Source: Selenomonadales bacterium (GTDB lineage Bacteria; Bacillota; Negativicutes; RGIG982). Taken from it: DNA of 45,400 bases. The stretch's first letter is position 1; each line of letters starts with the position of its first letter. Where the stretch lies: NCBI GenBank assembly GCA_017442105.1, contig JAFSAX010000134.1, positions 1-45,400 of the forward strand. The letters are read 5' to 3'. Positions 19,147 to 27,447 of this stretch are shown in pieces. The notes beneath the pieces are model-generated. The model was not told where the DNA came from and did no database searches. It saw nothing but the letters and a program-made list of their open reading frames with translations. The position numbers and the translations under genes were made by a program.

Positions 19147-19296
19147 CTATTGATTTTCCTTCACGAGCCGTTCAAGCTCCTCCCGCGTCGCATCGGTAGC
19201 ATACTCTACCCCCTGCTGATACAAGATCGCCCTCAGCTCGTTCATCGACATATGTTCTACCTTATGACCTGCGTTGTAGATATCCCTCAGATTCAT
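19147..19296 (-). CDS. 49-aa protein with an HeH/SAP-like motif
   Basis: ATGA-coupled to the upstream gene. Sequence is MNLRDIYNAGHKVEHMSMNELRAILYQQGVEYATDATREELERLVKENQ. Not in the ORF track because it is under 60 aa. Confidence 0.55.
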   Translation of the reverse strand: MNLRDIYNAGHKVEHMSMNELRAILYQQGVEYATDATREELERLVKENQ

Positions 19297-19625
19297 TTCA
19301 CATCAACATCATACGCAAGATATGCGCTGACCTTGCCCGTGCAGCTTCCTGCCGCGATATCTACCTGCAAATATTTCTTCATACCGATCGGCACGCGTGC
19401 TTTTACAGGCGCGTCCGCCGCAAGAGGATACTCGCCGAGTACCACCGCGCCGCTCATCGCTACTTCATCAGAAGTATTGAGAGTGACCGTACCGCCCGTA
19501 CCTGCCGCCACACTGACAAACAGATACATTTCTTTTACTGCGTCACCGCCGCCGACGAACACAACATTCGATTCGGTGCCGATATCTTCATTCGCAATGA
19601 ATGTATTTTCCGCATCTCTGATCAT
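19293..19625 (-). CDS. Putative capsid decoration / cement protein
   Basis: Internal ATG at 19625 with an AAGGAGGG RBS. The track ORF start at 19733 overlaps the capsid gene. 110 aa, beta-rich, directly after the major capsid gene. Confidence 0.5.
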   Translation of the reverse strand: MIRDAENTFIANEDIGTESNVVFVGGGDAVKEMYLFVSVAAGTGGTVTLNTSDEVAMSGAVVLGEYPLAADAPVKARVPIGMKKYLQVDIAAGSCTGKVSAYLAYDVDVK

Positions 19626-19638
19626 CGCTATTCCCTCC

Positions 19639-20652
19639 TTAAATCTTCGCTTCGTCCGTACGCATGCAATCCATGCGGAACACAGGGATACCGCTAAGGC
19701 GAATACCCGAGATACCGCCTTCGAAATCAGCACGCGTTACATGTACGTTATTTTTGTTCAAAAGGAACACTTCGAGGAAGTCATAGACCGCATCAGGCAC
19801 ATACCATGCAAAATCAGTACCCGGCTGAGAAAGATTGCGGATGCGGTTTTTCGCATAGATGAATTTGTTCACAAGTGCTTTTGCATTCGCATCCGTAATG
19901 CCCTGAAGCGCAGTGCAGTCGATGTTGCGTACTGCCGCGTTCTGACGAATATCACGTACCGTAAGACCTGCGTTGTAGCTAAACAGCGTCTGTACCGCAC
20001 GATACGGATTGCCGTTCTTATCGTAAACATCGCCTTCGCCGAGGTCCTGCATCTTCATACCGCACTGCGTACCTTTCGGATAGATACCTGCCGTCGCATG
20101 TTCACCGAAACCGATAAGGTAAGCAGAGCCGTTCACCGCAGACGCAGAACCCATGCCCGCGTCGATGACCTGATAGCCCGCCGTGCCTTTGTCGCCTGTG
20201 AACGTATTGTAGCGCACTGCAATACCGTTGAATTTGTCAGGATCCTTCTCTACATCACCATAGATAAGCGTAGATGCGATCTCTTGTGCATAACCTTCGA
20301 TATGTGCCGCATCCTCGCTTCTGCGGAATGCTTCGGGATTCGTCTGAAGCGCAAGCAATTTCACGTCAACACAAGAACGAGATTCGTACATCATGCACGT
20401 ATCGGCGATCTGTTTCGTGGTCGATTTGCTCACCTCAACACCTTGGTTGATCACACGAATGCTCGGCGCAGGAAGCGACGTACGCTGTGTCGTCTGAATA
20501 CCAGTTGGAAGGTTACCTTCCATCCATTTGATGCGTTTCATGATCTCATTCTGCTGTGCGCAGTTTTCCATGATGAACGCAAGCGATCCGTCCGGATCAA
20601 GTCTTTTGCGGTAATCCATCATCGTTACCGCAAGGTTACCTACTGTAGCCAT
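19639..20652 (-). CDS. Major capsid protein
   Basis: 337 aa. Lies after the scaffold and before the decoration gene. The sequence style (MATVGNL..., NAGLTVRDIRQNAAVRNID) is typical of phage coat proteins. Confidence 0.75.
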   Translation of the reverse strand: MATVGNLAVTMMDYRKRLDPDGSLAFIMENCAQQNEIMKRIKWMEGNLPTGIQTTQRTSLPAPSIRVINQGVEVSKSTTKQIADTCMMYESRSCVDVKLLALQTNPEAFRRSEDAAHIEGYAQEIASTLIYGDVEKDPDKFNGIAVRYNTFTGDKGTAGYQVIDAGMGSASAVNGSAYLIGFGEHATAGIYPKGTQCGMKMQDLGEGDVYDKNGNPYRAVQTLFSYNAGLTVRDIRQNAAVRNIDCTALQGITDANAKALVNKFIYAKNRIRNLSQPGTDFAWYVPDAVYDFLEVFLLNKNNVHVTRADFEGGISGIRLSGIPVFRMDCMRTDEAKI

Positions 20653-20667
20653 TTCTGTTCACTCCTT

Positions 20668-21282
20668 TTATTTATATTTGCTGAAGTCCGTCTTGTCATA
20701 CATCGTAGACGAACCGCCCGCCGTACCGTTATCCAATCTGGTGCCGTTCTCCTCACCGACCATATCGGCAAGCCTTGCCATCAGATTAAGGAACACAGGA
20801 TGATTGCCCGCCCCTGTATCGATCGCCATCTGCGTAAAGCCCGGGTGAAGCTTTTCTGCCCATTCCTTCGCAATGCCGATCTTTTGGAGCTTCGCATCAT
20901 AGTCCTTGCCCGCTTCTTCGCGGAACGTATTTGCCCAGCCTTTTTCACGCTCGATCTGTGCAGCGATGACACTGTCTGCCGCGTCTTGCTGAAGCTTAAG
21001 CCCGTATGCGGCAAGCTTATTCGCCTGTTCATTGCCGATGCCCGCCTCCTTGCACACAGCGATGAAACCGTCGCTTGCCTCTTGGCTCATCTCAAGGCCG
21101 AGAGAAGCGCACGTTTCACTGAAATCGTATGTATCGGCGGGTGGATTTGCACCACCAAAGATATTGTCTGCCGCAGGTGGTGTCGGCTCTGCGGGCGGGT
21201 CTGTCGGTGTATTTGTCGGTTGATTGGTAGGCTCTGCCGGTGTCGGGTCCGCAGGCGTATTTAAAGTATCACTCATATTCAT
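20668..21282 (-). CDS. Scaffolding protein (putative)
   Basis: 204 aa, acidic and helical with a Pro/Thr-rich N-terminus. Located between the portal and the capsid gene. Confidence 0.55.
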   Translation of the reverse strand: MNMSDTLNTPADPTPAEPTNQPTNTPTDPPAEPTPPAADNIFGGANPPADTYDFSETCASLGLEMSQEASDGFIAVCKEAGIGNEQANKLAAYGLKLQQDAADSVIAAQIEREKGWANTFREEAGKDYDAKLQKIGIAKEWAEKLHPGFTQMAIDTGAGNHPVFLNLMARLADMVGEENGTRLDNGTAGGSSTMYDKTDFSKYK

Positions 21283-21634
21283 TCTCCTTCATTGATTCGA
21301 TCAGTTTCTTTTTCATCTCATAGCTGTCAGCGATCAGCTTCGCATATTCGGCTTCTGCTTGTTGTTTCAGCTTCAAACCGTCCATGCCAAGCCCTTTGAT
21401 GTCGGACAAAATATTGATGCCGACGCTTCGTCTGCCCTCGCTGTACGCATTGATAAGCGCATCTGAATTGAAAGCACTTCCGAAAATGTCTGTTCGGTCG
21501 AAAAGCCGCATCAAGAACCATCGCCCCTCCTTGCTGTTAAGCAAAAAAAGAAGTGCGTTTCTATCCATCTCCCTTTTATCGACTTCGACCAATTCCAACA
21601 GTCTTTTCAGGGTCGGATCAGTAATACAATCCAT
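21269..21634 (-). CDS. Bbp19-like small phage protein
   Basis: 121 aa. SKEGRWFLMRLFDRTDIF...NAYSEGRRSVGINIL resembles the Bbp19 family of BPP-1-like podoviruses. Confidence 0.45.
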   Translation of the reverse strand: MDCITDPTLKRLLELVEVDKREMDRNALLFLLNSKEGRWFLMRLFDRTDIFGSAFNSDALINAYSEGRRSVGINILSDIKGLGMDGLKLKQQAEAEYAKLIADSYEMKKKLIESMKENEYE

Positions 21635-23370
21635 CAGCTAAGCCCCGGCAAGCCGAGCATCTGTGCCATCACATCATTACTACCGCCTACCGCCTCGCGG
21701 AAATTCTTTGCCGCCTGCGCCGTCTGATTGAGGGCGGGAGCTGTTTCCCTCATCATTTCCTGCTGTGCCGCCGCCTGCTGTGCCTGTGCGCGTGCTTCCT
21801 GCCGCTTCGCCACTTCCTCATCACTTCTGAGGATAGCCGCAGGCGAGCCGAGTGCAGACGCGTACTTGTCGAGAGCTTCCAGCGCATCGATCTTGTCCGC
21901 CACTTCGGGAAACATCTGCGCGATGGTACCCGTGAAAGCAAATAACTGTTCGATCGCAGTCAGCCCACTCATCTTCTGCGCCTGTGCCAAAGGTGAGATA
22001 TATTCTATCTTCACTTCCTCACTTGCAAGCTGTGCCATCATCTCTTCGGGGAACGGCGGGAACATGTTTGCACGCTCCAAAATGTTGTACACTCTCTCCA
22101 AGATGACTGACAAGAACTCAAACTCAAGCCGTTCTACCACAGGCCCGAGCTGTTGCAATTTCTCTTGTGAACGCTCCATGACCTCGCGTGCCGTCATCTG
22201 TCCTTTCTCCAAGGAAGATATCGTCAGGAATAGATCGGCATTGTATGCGCGCTTGATAGCTTCTTTCGTCGCCTCGATCTTCGTCTGCACGCTCGCAATA
22301 TCCAATTTCACATCGAAGATCGGCTTGATACCACCGTTCATATTCGTCGCATTCGCCGCACCCGGAATGATATTGATACCGCGCGCCGCTGTTTCGACAT
22401 CTGCCTGCATCGGCGGGCGGACACCGAGCTGCACCGCAACCAATAGATCTTTTTCAAGCGCCTGCAACATCTTGCTGTCACCAAGTGCGAACCATCCCGC
22501 ACCTTTTGCGTACGGCTCAAGTCCCGTCACAAGGTACCTTGCCACCGCAATAGGCATTTCGTAAGAACCGCCGATGTGCAGCCATTCATCATCAGCACTT
22601 CCATCCAGCCAATACATGACAACATACGGCATAGTCAACCGAGTAGGATTATGCCTGTCATACTCTCTGTTCGGCTCGATAAGACAGTAAACGAAATGCT
22701 GTGAATTGATACCGCCATCACGTTCTAACTCATGCCTCAATTGGTTGGGAAGATTCTCTATGCCGAATTGCTCCGCGATCTGGCTTGTGTACATCTTGTA
22801 CTTGCGGCAGAACGTATTCGCGATACCGTCCGCCCCCACATCGATGCAATACGTGCCGATCGGATAATGCGTGAACCGCACACCCTTCTTCGCATCAGGA
22901 AACACACCGAGCGCGCCGATACCGAACGGAAGCTCCATGTAAACCGACTGTGCTGCGTTATAAAAATTACTGCCCGCCAATACTCTTTCCAAGATCGTGT
23001 TGCGCTCGTCAAGCACCATGCTCGCTTCCTTGTTCTCCTTCAATGCAGGATCGGCAAACGTAAGCTTGAACCAATTACGGCTTGGCGGCGTCAGCCCGCT
23101 CATAATGCCCGATGCAAAAATATTACAGCACTCCCACGCACAACCTGTATATATCTTCTGATCCCTGCGCTGGTGCTGATCGTTGAACTCACTATCCTCC
23201 AAGACACCGAGATACGGCAGTTGATAGTCGCGTATCTCCTTCCACTTCGTCAAGTAGTCGCGTCTTTTCTGGATCAGCTGTGATACCTTACTGTTTGCCT
23301 GTGCCTTTGACCTCGACCGTCGCTTTTTACCCGATGCACCCGCAGTCGGACTTCTAGCAAAAATATTCAT
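21634..23370 (-). CDS. Portal (podovirus head-to-tail connector type)
   Basis: 578 aa, immediately after TerL. KRRDYLTKWKEIRDYQLPYLG is typical of T7-type connectors. Confidence 0.8.
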   Translation of the reverse strand: MNIFARSPTAGASGKKRRSRSKAQANSKVSQLIQKRRDYLTKWKEIRDYQLPYLGVLEDSEFNDQHQRRDQKIYTGCAWECCNIFASGIMSGLTPPSRNWFKLTFADPALKENKEASMVLDERNTILERVLAGSNFYNAAQSVYMELPFGIGALGVFPDAKKGVRFTHYPIGTYCIDVGADGIANTFCRKYKMYTSQIAEQFGIENLPNQLRHELERDGGINSQHFVYCLIEPNREYDRHNPTRLTMPYVVMYWLDGSADDEWLHIGGSYEMPIAVARYLVTGLEPYAKGAGWFALGDSKMLQALEKDLLVAVQLGVRPPMQADVETAARGINIIPGAANATNMNGGIKPIFDVKLDIASVQTKIEATKEAIKRAYNADLFLTISSLEKGQMTAREVMERSQEKLQQLGPVVERLEFEFLSVILERVYNILERANMFPPFPEEMMAQLASEEVKIEYISPLAQAQKMSGLTAIEQLFAFTGTIAQMFPEVADKIDALEALDKYASALGSPAAILRSDEEVAKRQEARAQAQQAAAQQEMMRETAPALNQTAQAAKNFREAVGGSNDVMAQMLGLPGLS

Positions 23371-23374
23371 GTTC

Positions 23375-23578
23375 TCACCCCAATGTGTCTTTCTGATTGT
23401 TCACGCCTGCCAAGATGTTAGCCATGCCCGAACGAGTAGAATTGTAGCCGCGTTTTTTGCGTTCGCGTTCGTTCGCCGCCGTTTGTGCACTCGTATCCGA
23501 TACATCGCTGTTCATCACCGTCGCCGCAGGAGCAAACGTTACCTGCTTGGGCTTGCTCGGTTTCATAAATCCACACAT
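23375..23578 (-). CDS. Hypothetical small protein between TerL and the portal
   Basis: 67 aa, tightly packed in the operon. No motif recognised. Confidence 0.45.
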   Translation of the reverse strand: MCGFMKPSKPKQVTFAPAATVMNSDVSDTSAQTAANERERKKRGYNSTRSGMANILAGVNNQKDTLG

Positions 23579-23590
23579 ATTCTCACCTCC

Positions 23591-24940
23591 TCATCCGAAC
23601 GGATCATACTCTGTATTGCATCTTGTCATCGCTGAATTGTATAAATTTGTGTTTGGTAACACAATTTGATGGGCAAACGTCAATGCTACCGCGTCTGCGA
23701 TATCAGGGCTCATACCAAAATCACGCTTGATATCTTCCTTCTTTTTCAGCTTCCGTCTGTCCGCATTGTCGAACCCATACTCTACTACTGTCAGTTCCGC
23801 TTTCAGCTCGGGCATATCGGGCAGACTTCCCGTCCGTCTGATCCAATCAGCCATCTTGTGCCACATCTCAGTCCGCAGATTGATGTACTTGTTGGGATCC
23901 TCTGCCTTACTGCCAAACGCTACCTCGATGATATTCGTATATCCAAGCTGTCTAAGCCTGTCTATCACACCACTGCCGCCGCCTGCGTCGATGAACACGG
24001 CTACAGGATCATATCTGCGTATCTCTTCCACGATGCGCGCCACCAGTTCCATATTGTCTATGCCCTTGTAGATTTTCGGCTCATACAAGACCTCGCCTTG
24101 TCTACACGCTATGACGCTTCTGTCATCACCGAATCTAGCCACGTCTACACCGAGGATGCGCGGCATCCCGCGCACCTGCGCTTCGGTGTACTTGCGTGCG
24201 ATTGCTGTTTCCACCATGTCTATCGTGATAAGGATATTGAACGCCGAAACAGTGAAGTCGCACAGCATCTCCTGTCGGTACTCAATGTCCGTCATATTGT
24301 CTTTCATGTCAGCTAACTCCTCATCGTCAATGATGCCCGTTTCTGTGGCACGAAACAAAAAAGAGAACCAGTCATCCTTAGACAGGCTCTCCTTGTATTT
24401 TTCATAAAATTGGTTTTGTCCCTTCGGTGTTCCGATGAACCACGCGAACCCTTTTCTGTCGGCAAGCGCAGGACGGATGATCTCGCCCCACAGTTCCGGT
24501 TTGATCTGCGCATATTCGTCCAAGATCACCCCGTCCCAGTACGTGCCGCGCAGTGCGTCTGGTTTGTCCGCACCGACAATGTATATCCTTGCCCCGACCG
24601 CACCCTTATGCCTCGTCGGGATCTCGATGTACAATTCGCTCTCATTCGTTTTCAGACCGGGTATTTTATTGGCATAGAATTTCAGATAGTTCCATGCTAT
24701 CATCTTTGCCTGATTGCGATACGGTGCGATATATGCGTACTGCGGACTTATCTTCACGTCAAGCAATGCTTTTTTCAGCATCGCATTGACGCTGCCGACC
24801 GTTTTCCCCAGCCTTCGATGTGCTACCAGTACACCGAAACGGTGTTTATCAAACGCAGGATGAAGAACGTCACGCCATATCTTTCTAGGACGATACGGTA
24901 TCGTTATCTTCATTGCTGTCCCACTCGATCGTGATAGCAC
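23591..24940 (-). CDS. terL: Terminase large subunit
   Basis: 449 aa. Has a Walker-A-like AHRRLGKTVG, a GVILDEY Walker B, and a C-terminal nuclease-like region. The start is ambiguous (GTG at 24940 or ATG at 24913). Confidence 0.85.
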   Translation of the reverse strand: MLSRSSGTAMKITIPYRPRKIWRDVLHPAFDKHRFGVLVAHRRLGKTVGSVNAMLKKALLDVKISPQYAYIAPYRNQAKMIAWNYLKFYANKIPGLKTNESELYIEIPTRHKGAVGARIYIVGADKPDALRGTYWDGVILDEYAQIKPELWGEIIRPALADRKGFAWFIGTPKGQNQFYEKYKESLSKDDWFSFLFRATETGIIDDEELADMKDNMTDIEYRQEMLCDFTVSAFNILITIDMVETAIARKYTEAQVRGMPRILGVDVARFGDDRSVIACRQGEVLYEPKIYKGIDNMELVARIVEEIRRYDPVAVFIDAGGGSGVIDRLRQLGYTNIIEVAFGSKAEDPNKYINLRTEMWHKMADWIRRTGSLPDMPELKAELTVVEYGFDNADRRKLKKKEDIKRDFGMSPDIADAVALTFAHQIVLPNTNLYNSAMTRCNTEYDPFG

Positions 24941-25283
24941 CTTCGTGCTCGTTCACACGCTTCTCGACGAACATACCGAGGCTCTTGCCGATCAGCTCCG
25001 ATGCCTTCAGACGGTTTTTCATGTTTTCCTCTTCATCCTTCATCACACCTGCCCAAAATGCCGTAAGCTCTTCATTCAGTACGCCTGCCGCGTCCGCATT
25101 GCGCTCCTGCAGCTCACGTATGCGCGCCTGCACCGCAGGTATCTGCATGATACGATGTGCCTGCCTGTTCGCATTCGCCGGCGCATATCCTGCACGACGT
25201 GCCGCCTCCGCACGCGATACACCTACCTGCGTGACAAACTGACAGAACAACTCATGCTGTTGATTTTCTAGTATTGGCACCAC
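24885..25283 (-). CDS. terS: Terminase small subunit
   Basis: 132 aa. ELFCQFV...SRAEAARRAGYAPANANRQAHRIMQIPAVQARIREL is typical of the Terminase_2-type TerS. GTG start with a GGAGG RBS. Confidence 0.8.
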   Translation of the reverse strand: MVPILENQQHELFCQFVTQVGVSRAEAARRAGYAPANANRQAHRIMQIPAVQARIRELQERNADAAGVLNEELTAFWAGVMKDEEENMKNRLKASELIGKSLGMFVEKRVNEHEGAITIEWDSNEDNDTVSS

Positions 25284-25298
25284 CGTACACCTCCTTCA

Positions 25299-25325
25299 TA
25301 AGAAAAGCCGCCCATAAGGACGGCT
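25299..25325 (-). terminator. Weak terminator-like hairpin just upstream of the terS RBS
   Basis: Minus RNA forms AGCCG(U)CC-UUAU-GG(G)CGGCU followed by UUUCUU. It sits between the early-side small ORF and the late operon. Confidence 0.4.
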
Positions 25326-25330
25326 GTGTG

Positions 25331-25483
25331 TTATCTGTGTTTTCTTCTTTTTCGCTCGACGCGTTTACCATGAATGATGCCGAGCGCGCATGCATCGCAG
25401 ATCGCACTGAACATATCCGCACGATTCGCAAGCATCGCAAGTTCCGCTACTAAATTTTTCGGCAGCGACTGATACCGAAGCAT
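25331..25483 (-). CDS. 50-aa hypothetical protein with a basic tail
   Basis: AGGAGGAGG RBS 5 nt before the ATG. Sequence is MLRYQSLPKNLVAELAMLANRADMFSAICDACALGIIHGKRVERKRRKHR. Not in the ORF track. Confidence 0.5.
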   Translation of the reverse strand: MLRYQSLPKNLVAELAMLANRADMFSAICDACALGIIHGKRVERKRRKHR

Positions 25484-25507
25484 AAAGCCTCCTCCTTTCC
25501 TCGATTC

Positions 25508-25855
25508 TCAGATCGGGGAAAGTGTATCGCTTGGCAAGCCTCCTGCCTGCCTTGAGTAGAACAAATACGTTGTTCGCTTCTCTGTTGGCTTCTCCTTATC
25601 GCGGTCACGATATCCGCATGATACTGCCGTCACAACAAGCTCTTTGAAGCACCGTTTGATCTTCTCGGCATTGATGAGCATACGAAGCCGCGCTCCGCAT
25701 TGTTCGGATTGCTCGGCGATTGCACGTTCATCCTTGTCGATGTATTCGACATATGTTGTCTGCTCCGTATCACACGCACGGCAGATATTTACCGTCACCA
25801 CACATGGAGCAAGTACACCGACGATTGCCAAGAGGATCAGTATTAACTTTTTCAT
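25508..25855 (-). CDS. Secreted or membrane-anchored small protein (signal peptide)
   Basis: The ATG at 25855 has a GGAGGTG RBS. MKKLILILLAIVGVLAPCVV is a signal-like N-terminus. The protein contains several Cys. Confidence 0.6.
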   Translation of the reverse strand: MKKLILILLAIVGVLAPCVVTVNICRACDTEQTTYVEYIDKDERAIAEQSEQCGARLRMLINAEKIKRCFKELVVTAVSCGYRDRDKEKPTEKRTTYLFYSRQAGGLPSDTLSPI

Positions 25856-25932
25856 TTGCAATCACCTCCGCTGTTGAAGATTCTCTATTTATACCTATCT
25901 TCCTGCTAGGTATTGCAATGTATACATGAATA

Positions 25933-25968
25933 CATAAAGGCGAGGAATCTCTCACCCTCGCCTTTATG
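25933..25968. repeat. 13-bp perfect inverted repeat (hairpin) in the divergent intergenic region
   Basis: cataaaggcgagg / cctcgcctttatg with a 10-nt loop and no U-tract on either strand. Confidence 0.6.
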
Positions 25969-26040
25969 CCTATGATAATAATATCACAGAAAGTATGTAC
26001 CAAACCATACCAAACTTTTAAAAAACTTTCCCTAAACCCG

Positions 26041-26069
26041 TTGACATTCCGCCCATTGGGCGGTATAAT
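26041..26069 (+). promoter_or_regulatory. Consensus sigma-70 promoter of the rightward three-gene cassette
   Basis: TTGACA, a 17-nt spacer, then TATAAT. An AAAGGAGAG RBS and the ATG at 26107 follow. Confidence 0.8.
26049..26063. promoter_or_regulatory. Palindromic operator inside the promoter spacer
   Basis: CCGCCCA-T-TGGGCGG is a perfect 7-bp inverted repeat lying between the -35 and -10 elements. Confidence 0.6.
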
Positions 26070-26106
26070 ATAATCAAAGGTAAGGAAAACCAAAGGAGAG
26101 ATAACA

Positions 26107-26379
26107 ATGTTGGAAAGAAAATATTATTCGGTCACAAACCCACTCGGACAAGAATATTTGTATGTAACAGAAGAAGGTCGCAGGATACCTTTGTGGGCAG
26201 ATCAGCACAAGACGGAAATTTCGTATGAAGAAGCGCACCAAAAATTTCATAACGAGTGCATTTATACCGTATTCGACACCAAAAATTTAAATTGTGCAGG
26301 ATCGATCAGATGTACGGAGCATCCCGATATTTTTGATGATGTTATTGCCGGCAACTGGTTTCCAACGCCAAAATTATAG
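26107..26379 (+). CDS. Small hypothetical protein (90 aa), first gene of the rightward cassette
   Basis: Strong RBS. Opposite strand to all neighbours. No motif recognised. Confidence 0.7.
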   Translation: MLERKYYSVTNPLGQEYLYVTEEGRRIPLWADQHKTEISYEEAHQKFHNECIYTVFDTKNLNCAGSIRCTEHPDIFDDVIAGNWFPTPKL

Positions 26380-26384
26380 GAGTA

Positions 26385-26705
26385 ATGACTATGGATGAAA
26401 AAATGAAAGAAATGCTTACCGCCATTCACGAAGGAGAAATAGAAGGAATGACTGTAAGTTACGATTCCGAAGATCTGATTGCCGAAGTCAAAGAAGATAT
26501 TGCCGAGCTCGGCGAAGACACATATGTCTTTGTTTGGGCACGATACGTCGAAGAATATGGCACCGCCTTTGCTGTCGATTATGACTTCCTCGATGCCACG
26601 ATCCGCAAAGATGATATTGATGCAGATGAATCTGTAGGCGTCACTACACTCGGCGAGCTTCTTACACAGCTCGAAAAACAAAATAGCATCATGGGAGATG
26701 ATTAA
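26385..26705 (+). CDS. Hyper-acidic small protein (106 aa), DNA-mimic / anti-defence candidate
   Basis: By my count about 29 Asp/Glu against about 7 Lys/Arg. RBS is TAGGAG. Adjacent to the next gene with no gap: its stop codon ends at 26705 and the next ATG is at 26706. Confidence 0.7.
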   Translation: MTMDEKMKEMLTAIHEGEIEGMTVSYDSEDLIAEVKEDIAELGEDTYVFVWARYVEEYGTAFAVDYDFLDATIRKDDIDADESVGVTTLGELLTQLEKQNSIMGDD

Positions 26706-27056
26706 ATGACAATCAAAGAAGCACGCATCGCCGCAGGTCTTACCCAAGCAGAGATGAGCCGCATTTTCGAGATACCTACCCGCACAATCGAGCACTGGGA
26801 GGCAGGCACACGCAAACCGCCCGCATATGTGGAAAAACTAGTCTTAGCTAAGCTGAAACGTCATTCCCAAAACAGATTTTATGCTGCCAACAATGAAACG
26901 CTTATTTCGGAGCTTTGCAGCGTTCAGAATACGCTTTGGGAGCTTCGCGAAGATATGAAAAGCCTCGGCATCAACGATAATGCAATATCTATCACGAGTA
27001 ATGCAATCGACATGATAGACAATATCGTACTTGCTATAGAAGAAGAGCAGGAGTGA
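26706..27056 (+). CDS. XRE-type HTH regulator (Aca-like or antitoxin-like) with a C-terminal extension
   Basis: MTIKEARIAAGLTQAEMSRIFEIPTRTIEHWEAGTRKPPAYV is a classic HTH_XRE pattern. It is the last gene of the cassette. Confidence 0.8.
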   Translation: MTIKEARIAAGLTQAEMSRIFEIPTRTIEHWEAGTRKPPAYVEKLVLAKLKRHSQNRFYAANNETLISELCSVQNTLWELREDMKSLGINDNAISITSNAIDMIDNIVLAIEEEQE

Positions 27057-27077
27057 TTCCTGCTCTTTTCTTTTTTT
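27043..27077 (+). terminator. Intrinsic terminator of the rightward cassette
   Basis: 10-bp stem aagagcagga/tcctgctctt, a 5-nt loop, then ttctttttttat. Confidence 0.8.
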
Positions 27078-27447
27078 ATCTTTTTTGGAAATAACCTCGA
27101 TCGTTGTTCTTCTCCCACGCCAGCCGTCTCGCCATTGTCCGCTCTTTCGCTGATGTGCCGAGTAAATGCATCAATGTTTCGACCGACTGTTGAATGTCGG
27201 CGCACTCAATCAGAAGATTCAACCGCGATTCATGGTCGCCAAAGGCGCAGTATCTTTCATACGCTTCGTCCACTTCTGCTGCCTCTTCGCACATCTTCCC
27301 AATCTGGCCTTTGAAGGTGTTATCGCTGAAGCGGTAAGACGGCATCAACCATTCGTGATCTCGTGCGATACATCGGAGCGGGCGTTTCTTCCTGCTCATC
27401 TGCGACGTCGCACGCTCGACATCGTTCATCGTCATCAATCTCATCAC
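27076..27447 (-). CDS. MazG-like nucleotide pyrophosphohydrolase (start uncertain)
   Basis: The EEAAE-X22-ECAD arrangement matches the EExxE...ExxD MazG signature. It is the last gene of the early operon. Confidence 0.6.
   Translation of the reverse strand: MMRLMTMNDVERATSQMSRKKRPLRCIARDHEWLMPSYRFSDNTFKGQIGKMCEEAAEVDEAYERYCAFGDHESRLNLLIECADIQQSVETLMHLLGTSAKERTMARRLAWEKNNDRGYFQKR

Noticed and set aside
25870-25918. Leftward promoter for the signal-peptide gene (TTGCAA ... TATAAA)
   Set aside because: The best hexamers are separated by 19 nt. This is too weak to report as a feature, although a promoter must exist somewhere in 25862-26040.
26262-26795. 177-aa minus-strand ORF across the rightward cassette
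   Set aside because: It is antisense to three plus-strand genes that have a consensus promoter, RBSs and a terminator. Its translation is Cys/Phe-rich and not protein-like.
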